Below are positions 57,949 to 64,000 of a stretch of DNA of 64,000 nt, piece after piece; within the stretch, counting starts at the first letter, position 1; each line of letters opens with the position of its first letter. This DNA is from Dehalococcoidia bacterium (GTDB lineage Bacteria > Chloroflexota > Dehalococcoidia > Lucifugimonadales > QGNO01), in contig OZ252212.1 in the NCBI GenBank assembly GCA_965248955.1, positions 1,536,482 through 1,600,481 on the forward strand, in the 5' to 3' direction. The translations under genes were made by a program, and so were the position numbers. The notes beneath the pieces are model-generated. The model saw only the letters and a program-made list of their open reading frames with translations. It made no database searches and was not told the origin of the DNA.

Positions 57949-58409
57949 ATCCCCTTTCTGGCCTCAGTCCCATTTTGGTATGCCTTCAGGTACACCTCCT
58001 CGTACTTGATGCTGCGCCACAGCCGTTCCACGAAGACGTTGTCCATGCACCGGCCCCTGCCGTCCATGCTCACTTGAACGCCTTGCGCCAGCAGCATGCT
58101 GGTGAAGGCCTCGCTGGTGAAGGCTGAAGATCTGTGGCCGACCCTTGCTCAATAAGCCGCAACACAGAAGTCTACCTCCAGGGTGTTGGACAGCCGCCAG
58201 GCCAGCACGTAGCGGCTGTGCCAGTCCATGATGGCCACCAAGTAGAGGAAACCCCGAGCCATGGGTATGTAGGTGATGTCGGTGGCCCACACCTGGTTGA
58301 CCCGGTTGATCTCCAGCCCCCTGAGCAGGTATGGATAGACCTTATGCCCTGGGTTTGGCTTGCTGGTGTTGGGACGCCGGTAGATGGCCTCCAGGCCTAT
58401 CAGCTGCAT
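57789..58409 (-). pseudogene. second, deleted/frameshifted copy of IS3 orfB carrying the true C-terminus
   Basis: Fragments 58149-58409 and 57789-58097 duplicate orfB with small deletions. Ends YNQERPHQALGYRSP...PQR. Confidence 0.75.
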
Positions 58410-58665
58410 CAGCCGGCGGACCCGCTTGCGGTTGACCTGGTGTCCGTGATTTCTAATCCTTCTGGAGCCGTAGAAACCTTTGTGGGCTCACTGCTTGGAA
58501 CACCTGACCCGGTGACCGATAGCCCAGGGTTCCACCTTGATGGTAGGCCGACCTCTTGGTCCTTCTCCTGGCGTCCAGCACCATTTTCAAAGAGGTGCGG
58601 CGCCCCCTGAGTCAAGGCCTTCTTCCAGGCATGGATCTGGCTCGGGTGGACTTCAAACCGGCTGG

Positions 58666-59487
58666 CTAGCTCTGCAATGGTGTGCTCCCCCTGAGCGCGG
58701 CCAAAGCCTCTTGGTTGTAGAAGGCCAGATAAGCCACCTGTCCAATCCCCTTTCTGGCCTCAGTCCCATTTTGGTATGCCTTCAGGTACACCTCCTCGTA
58801 CTTGATGCTGCGCCACAGCCGTTCCACGAAGACGTTGTCCATGCACCGGCCCCTGCCGTCCATGCTCACTTGAACGCCTTGCGCCAGCAGCATGCTGGTG
58901 AAGGCCTCGCTGGTGAACTGGCTGCCCTGGTCGGTGTTGAAGATCTGTGGCCGACCCTTGCTCAAGGCCTCTTCCAGAGCCGCAACACAGAAGTCTACCT
59001 CCAGGGTGTTGGACAGCCGCCAGGCCAGCACGTAGCGGCTGTGCCAGTCCATGATGGCCACCAAGTAGAGGAAACCCCGAGCCATGGGTATGTAGGTGAT
59101 GTCGGTGGCCCACACCTGGTTGACCCGGTTGATCTCCAGCCCCCTGAGCAGGTATGGATAGACCTTATGCCCTGGGTTTGGCTTGCTGGTGTTGGGACGC
59201 CGGTAGATGGCCTCCAGGCCTATCAGCTGCATCAGCCGGCGGACCCGCTTGCGGTTGACCTGGTGTCCGTGATTTCTGAGCCAGGCAGTCATCCTTCTGG
59301 AGCCGTAGAAAGGTGTCTTCAGGTACTGTTGGTCTATGAGGGCCATCAACTCCAAGTCCTCGGCGCCGGCCTCGGTTGGCAGGTAGTACAACGAGGAGCG
59401 GCTGATACCCAGCAAGGCGCACTGGCGCACCAGAGACAGCTTCGGTTCTTCTCGGTCAATCATGGCCCGGCGTTGGGACCGGCTCAC
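58666..59487 (-). CDS. IS3-family transposase OrfB (C-terminus scrambled)
   Basis: [23 protein letters not shown] and [15 protein letters not shown] (DDE) motifs. Confidence 0.88.
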   Translation of the reverse strand: MSRSQRRAMIDREEPKLSLVRQCALLGISRSSLYYLPTEAGAEDLELMALIDQQYLKTPFYGSRRMTAWLRNHGHQVNRKRVRRLMQLIGLEAIYRRPNTSKPNPGHKVYPYLLRGLEINRVNQVWATDITYIPMARGFLYLVAIMDWHSRYVLAWRLSNTLEVDFCVAALEEALSKGRPQIFNTDQGSQFTSEAFTSMLLAQGVQVSMDGRGRCMDNVFVERLWRSIKYEEVYLKAYQNGTEARKGIGQVAYLAFYNQEALAALRGSTPLQS

Positions 59488-59768
59488 AACCCGAAGCTCC
59501 GTGACAAAAAATCCCGTTCCACCTTGAGCTGCCCAATCTGTTGGTAGAGCTGGGCAGTGAGGACCTCTTGGTCCTTCTCCTGGCGTCCAGCACCATTTTC
59601 AAAGAGGTGCGGCGCCCCCTGAGTCAAGGCCTTCTTCCAGGCATGGATCTGGCTCGGGTGGACTTCAAACCGGCTGGCTAGCTCTGCAATGGTGTGCTCC
59701 CCCTGGAGCGCGGCCAAAGCCACTTTGGCCTTGAAGACTGGGCTGTGCTTCTTACGTGTTTGCTTCAT
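59484..59768 (-). CDS. IS3-family transposase OrfA
   Basis: [32 protein letters not shown] and [15 protein letters not shown]. Overlaps orfB by 4 nt. Confidence 0.92.
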   Translation of the reverse strand: MKQTRKKHSPVFKAKVALAALQGEHTIAELASRFEVHPSQIHAWKKALTQGAPHLFENGAGRQEKDQEVLTAQLYQQIGQLKVERDFLSRSFGL

Positions 59769-59847
59769 GTCCTGCTCCTTGTTTCCGTCCTATTTTAGGA
59801 GCGGGACTCTCTCTTAGCCACCTGTCCGAATTTTGGGGTCCACCTCA

Positions 59848-60326
59848 ATCCATCTTTCTGGGTTGGCCTTTTTACTCTTAATGTCAGATTCAATGCGGGC
59901 AACATCTTCCAACGATCGCCTAAACGGTCTTTCAACTTCACTGCTTAAGGAACTCTCAAGAACCGCCTTTCTTTTTGAGATTCTTCGATTCTTAACAGAT
60001 GCAACTACTCTTCCTAAAAAGTTTGTCGGGGGATTGGTTGCATTCATCCCTGTTTTAAGCATCCTGAGTTCAGCAAGCAGTTCATCCTCCCGTCTCTTGA
60101 TTCTGTTGTTTAGGTCAGATGATAGCTCCTGATACTTCGACTCGAGATTTGCTATATCTTGCAACAAGCGCGCTCTGCTATTCTCCGTTATTTTCTGGAT
60201 TGTATCCTTGTAGCTGGCACGAAATTTACGGATAGAATCCAGTGTCTCAAAGCCACCTATGCCTGATTCCTTGAGTAACTCGACGAGTTGGTTTAGGCAG
60301 CCAATCTGTCCATGTATTATTGCCAT
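59848..60326 (-). pseudogene. N-terminal coiled-coil part of the IS-interrupted NERD gene
   Basis: Low-GC ORF on the same strand whose frame runs into the IS IR (...PERW|IEVDPK). Confidence 0.65.
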
Positions 60327-60585
60327 TGGGTGACCCTTGTCTTATGGTTCCCTGCGATCACTACCTGTTCGAGCGCGTCTCCGGCCAGCTCAGCCCTCGA
60401 GGGGACGTAACCCTTGTCAAGCCTATTATGCCATTCCTGAGCAAGAGCGATTGGGTTCACCGTCTATTGGAGGCGATAGCGCCCAGACCTCTCTGCGAAT
60501 CTGTAATAATATGGCTACACTGATGCGGGTCAGTGGATTATCCAACCTTCTTGAAGCATGGTCGGCATGGAGAGAAAACTCACTC

Positions 60586-61242
60586 GTGGACCTGGAAAAG
60601 GAAAAGAGACGGCTCCTAGGGCTGATTTACAGGGAAGTCAAAGACCGCAGAGTGGTGGACGCCATGGCAAGGGTGCCCAGAGAGGCGTTCGTGCCCGCAG
60701 CCAGCAGACACCTTGCCTATGAAGACATTCCACTGCCCATAGGCGATGGGCAGACGGTATCTCAACCGCTGATTGTGGCCATGATGGTTTCCATGCTCAA
60801 CCTCAAGCCCGGAGACAAAGTCCTGGAGGTAGGCACGGGATCGGGGTATCAGGCGGCGGTGCTTTCGCTCCTCGCCAAAGAGGTGATTACCACGGAACGG
60901 TTGAAGGTTCTTGCGGATAGTGCAAGGGAGCGTTTGCAGTCTCTGGGCTATCACAACGTCACGGTGCATCAGGCAGGCGATGTCCTGGGGAGGAGCAAGG
61001 ATTCCCCGTTCGACGCCATAATAGTTGCCGCCGCAGCGCCTCGACTGCCCAGGGTGCTGCTCGAGCAGTTGAGCGAAGGTGGCCGTATGGTGATCCCGGT
61101 GGGCTCGCGGAGCTTGCAAGACCTTCTGCTCTTCACGAAATCGCACGACGGCTATTCCGTGAAGAACCACGGGTCGTGTCGCTTCGTCCCGCTGGTGGGG
61201 GCTGGAGCTTGGACTGAGCACGAGGCCGGGGATACAAGCTAA
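60586..61242 (+). CDS. pcm: protein-L-isoaspartate O-methyltransferase
   Basis: VPREAFV, AYED.PLPIG.GQTVSQP, LEVGTGSGYQAA and RFVPL motifs. Start uncertain (GTG 60586 or ATG 60511). Confidence 0.93.
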   Translation: MDLEKEKRRLLGLIYREVKDRRVVDAMARVPREAFVPAASRHLAYEDIPLPIGDGQTVSQPLIVAMMVSMLNLKPGDKVLEVGTGSGYQAAVLSLLAKEVITTERLKVLADSARERLQSLGYHNVTVHQAGDVLGRSKDSPFDAIIVAAAAPRLPRVLLEQLSEGGRMVIPVGSRSLQDLLLFTKSHDGYSVKNHGSCRFVPLVGAGAWTEHEAGDTS

Positions 61243-61284
61243 GGGGGCCTCTTCCGAAGAGTCCTGGAACAGGAGGTGTGACGG

Positions 61285-61893
61285 GTGAGTACGCGGAATC
61301 TGCCGCCGGGCTACGTCGAGATAGACACATGGACTCCCAGTAGGTTGTCCGGGAGAGATTGGGTTGCTCTGGTCATCGCATTTGTGATTCTGGCGTATGT
61401 TTCTCTCCAGCTCATGGCCCTGTCCCAGTTGGCATTCGCCGGCGTGGACAGCTTCACCGTAAAGCAGGATGTTCTCATTGCCGGGCTTGTCATAGGGACA
61501 GTAGCTGGGGTCGTGCTGCATGAGCTGGCCCACGCCATCGCCTTCTCAGCGTACGGCGGACGCCCGCGTTTTGGATTCAAGCTCTGGACCAAGTTCGGCC
61601 CGGTCTTCTGGGTGGGAGCCCCCGGCTGCTACCTGAGAAGGGCAAAATTCACAGTGGCGGCGCTTGCGCCGCCGGTGCTCCTGACGGTGCTATTGCCGCC
61701 TGCTCTGCTTCTTGCCCCCGTGGGCGGCCTTGCCCACTTCTCCGCCTTTATAGCGTTTCTCCTGGGAGTCTCGGGGTCGGCGGGCGATGTTGTCATCCTT
61801 ATTAAGGTGATGCAATATCCCCGTAGTGCACTTTTTGAGGATGCCGGCGACGGGTTCAAGGTGTACTCAAAACGAGATGATATAATTTCGTGA
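61285..61893 (+). CDS. DUF3267-like membrane zincin peptidase
   Basis: HELAH, ALAP and GD motifs, four TM helices. Confidence 0.75.
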   Translation: MSTRNLPPGYVEIDTWTPSRLSGRDWVALVIAFVILAYVSLQLMALSQLAFAGVDSFTVKQDVLIAGLVIGTVAGVVLHELAHAIAFSAYGGRPRFGFKLWTKFGPVFWVGAPGCYLRRAKFTVAALAPPVLLTVLLPPALLLAPVGGLAHFSAFIAFLLGVSGSAGDVVILIKVMQYPRSALFEDAGDGFKVYSKRDDIIS

Positions 61894-61910
61894 GGCCATC
61901 CCACGCAACC

Positions 61911-63419
61911 ATGATGACAACCACAGTAGAGACCGGATACGAAGCGGTAATTGGGCTCGAGGTGCACGTTCAGCTCCTCACCAAGAGCAAGATGTTCTGC
62001 GCCTGCCGCGCCGGCTATCAGGGCGCCGAGCCTAACTCAGAGGTGTGTCCGGTTTGCCTGGGTATGCCCGGTGTCCTCCCCGTGATAAACAAACGTGCGG
62101 TGGAGTTTGTCATGATGACCGGCCTGGCGCTGAACTGCGGCATCGCGGCGGAGACCAAGTTCGATAGGAAGAACTATCCCTATCCCGACCTGATGAAGGG
62201 ATACCAGATCTCTCAGTATGACCGGCCCATAGCCAGCGGCGGATGGCTGTCCATCCCGGCGGACAGCGGCGAGAAGAAGGTGTACATCAACCGCGTCCAC
62301 CTGGAAGAAGACGTGGCCAAGCTGTTCCACCGCACCGGCGAAACGGGAGAGGCCTACAGCCTGTTGGACGTAAACCGCGCCGGCGTGCCCCTCATGGAGA
62401 TAGTGGGCGAACCGGACCTGCGCTCGGCGGAAGAGGCCAGGCAGTATCTGATAAAGCTGCGCACCATCCTGCGTTACCTCGGTGTGTCCACCGCCAATAT
62501 GGAGGAGGGCAGCTTCCGCTGCGACGCCAACATCAGCATCCGCCCCCAGGGCAGTGTCGAGCTTGGCGCCAAGGTGGAGGTGAAGAACATGAACAGCTTT
62601 CGCTCCGTGTTCCGCGCCCTGCAGTATGAAAGGGAACGCCAGGCTGCGGTCTTGGAAGAAGGAGGGCAGATTGAACAGGAGACGCGCGGCTGGCTGGAAG
62701 ACAGGGGTGTGACCGCGTCGCAGCGCTCTAAGGAGCATGCCCATGATTACCGCTATTTCCCGGAGCCTGACCTGGCGCCTTTGAAGATCAGCCGTCAGTG
62801 GGTGGACGAGGTGCGGGCGAAGATGCCTGAGCTGCCGGATGCTAGGCTCCGTCGCTACGTCGACGAGCTGGGGCTGAGCGAGTACAAAGCAGGTCAGCTC
62901 ATCCTGGGCACGAGCGCTGCCAGCAGCTATTTTGATTCCGCAATGAGCTACGCCGGCGATATGAGTGAAATGGAGAGGCGCAAGCGGGCCGATGTCTTGT
63001 GCAACCTTGTTCTCGGCGATGTTACGCGGTTGTTCAACAGCATTGGCGAAGAGGTAAGCGGCGATGGGTTAGATACCAAGCACCTCTTTGAAGTCGCCGT
63101 TATGCTGGAGGAGGGTAAGCTGAGCACCAACATGGCCTCAGAAGTGCTCGACGCCTTATTTGAGTCACCCGAAAAAGTGCCGGCGGATATTGTGAAGGAG
63201 AGAGGTCTGGAGCAAATTTCCGATTCTTCCGCCATACAGGCCGCAGCAGACCGGGCCATTGGCGAGAATCCCAAGGCGGTCCAGGACTACATGAGCGGCA
63301 AGGAGACGGCGGTCAAGTTCCTGGTGGGCCAGGTGATGAAAGCAACCAGGGGCCAAGCAAACCCCGCCTTGGCCAACCAGGTTCTGCAGCAGAAGCTGGA
63401 GAGTTTGAAGAAAGGATGA
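61911..63419 (+). CDS. gatB: Asp-tRNA(Asn)/Glu-tRNA(Gln) amidotransferase subunit B
   Basis: IGLEVHVQL, FDRKNYPYPDL, NRAGVPLMEIV, VEVKNMNSF and DYRYFPEPDL motifs. Confidence 0.97.
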   Translation: MMTTTVETGYEAVIGLEVHVQLLTKSKMFCACRAGYQGAEPNSEVCPVCLGMPGVLPVINKRAVEFVMMTGLALNCGIAAETKFDRKNYPYPDLMKGYQISQYDRPIASGGWLSIPADSGEKKVYINRVHLEEDVAKLFHRTGETGEAYSLLDVNRAGVPLMEIVGEPDLRSAEEARQYLIKLRTILRYLGVSTANMEEGSFRCDANISIRPQGSVELGAKVEVKNMNSFRSVFRALQYERERQAAVLEEGGQIEQETRGWLEDRGVTASQRSKEHAHDYRYFPEPDLAPLKISRQWVDEVRAKMPELPDARLRRYVDELGLSEYKAGQLILGTSAASSYFDSAMSYAGDMSEMERRKRADVLCNLVLGDVTRLFNSIGEEVSGDGLDTKHLFEVAVMLEEGKLSTNMASEVLDALFESPEKVPADIVKERGLEQISDSSAIQAAADRAIGENPKAVQDYMSGKETAVKFLVGQVMKATRGQANPALANQVLQQKLESLKKG

Positions 63420-63481
63420 CGTTGAGGTCAGCTTGACACCTGAAGCGTCCCTGGTAGAGTAGTCAGAGGGAACAAGAACAA

Positions 63482-63709
63482 ATGCAGACTTATGTAAGTA
63501 TTGCGGCAATAATCCTCTCCGTTGTCCTCATAGCAGTGGTGCTGGCACAGGTCAGAGGCGGAGGCACCGGTCTGTTCGGTGCCGCCGAGGGTACGTTTCG
63601 CACCCGCCGCGGCGTAGAGCAGACCCTGTTCCGCTTCACTATTGTTCTTGGAGTTGTTTTTGTAGTGCTGTCGCTCATCGGCGTCTGGAGGCCCTGGGAA
63701 CGGTTCTAG
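63482..63709 (+). CDS. secG: preprotein translocase subunit SecG
   Basis: Two TM helices, with VLAQVRGGG.GLFG and RRGVEQTLFRFT. Confidence 0.88.
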   Translation: MQTYVSIAAIILSVVLIAVVLAQVRGGGTGLFGAAEGTFRTRRGVEQTLFRFTIVLGVVFVVLSLIGVWRPWERF

Positions 63710-63715
63710 GGAGCC

Positions 63716-64000
63716 ATGCCGGGCCCGGTAATCACCCTGCTCAGCGACTTTGGCCTGTCCGATTCTTACGTCGGGGCTATGAAAGGGGTGATCTCCAGCA
63801 TCTGCCCCGGGGCGAGCATGGTAGACATAACCCACGAAGTGCCGCCCCAGGATCTGCTCCAAGGGGCGTTCCTGTTAAGCACTGCCTGGCACTTCTTTCC
63901 GTCCGGCACAGTACACGTAGCGGTAGTCGACCCCGGCGTTGGAACAGAACGCAAGCCTCTGCTGGTACGGGCGCGGGACCACTTCTTCCTGGCGCCCGAC
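63716..64000 (+). CDS. SAM hydroxide/halide adenosyltransferase (DUF62) family, runs off the window
   Basis: Hand translation: MPGPVITLLSDFGLSDSYVGAMKGVI...VDITHEV...FP.GTVHVAVVDPGVGTER. Confidence 0.88.
   Translation, partial: MPGPVITLLSDFGLSDSYVGAMKGVISSICPGASMVDITHEVPPQDLLQGAFLLSTAWHFFPSGTVHVAVVDPGVGTERKPLLVRARDHFFLAPD

Larger units (their letters stand above)
57531..59847 (-). mobile_element. IS3-family element locus, internally duplicated and scrambled
   Basis: IRs TGAGGTGGACCCCAAAATTCGGACAG (59847 end) and TCAAGTGGACCCCATCATCAGGACAG (57531, repeated at 57740). ATC flanks both ends. orfA/orfB pieces occur in several partial copies. Confidence 0.88.

Overview
GC-rich bacterial chromosome segment, mostly housekeeping genes. 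The gene content (cofE, double-MaoC protein, tandem USP, NiSOD, PuuE-like paralogues, tuf-rpmG-secE-nusG-rplKAJL block) resembles Chloroflexota such as Dehalococcoidia/SAR202, which is an inference. It holds about 55 CDS, four tRNAs, a 5S rRNA with no 16S/23S beside it, an L10 leader, an IS30, a scrambled IS3 locus interrupting a low-GC NERD-domain gene, and several GTCA-type REP-like palindromes. No CRISPR array, prophage or clear defence island was seen. The most notable unexplained signals are non-coding or very small. (1) A self-contained ~140-nt transcription unit with promoter, perfect Shine-Dalgarno, 18-codon ORF and terminator, divergent from the 5S gene. (2) A Tyr/Phe-rich leader-peptide attenuator before DAHP synthase. 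(3) A betaine ABC transporter split into two convergent units that share an identical promoter core and a CCCGTAT motif and meet at a loop-less 62-bp palindrome. (4) A promoter-to-terminator mini-transcript upstream of proV. (5) An IS30 whose transposase takes its stop codon from the REP-like hairpin next to it. Product calls come from motif recognition by eye, and no database searches were run.
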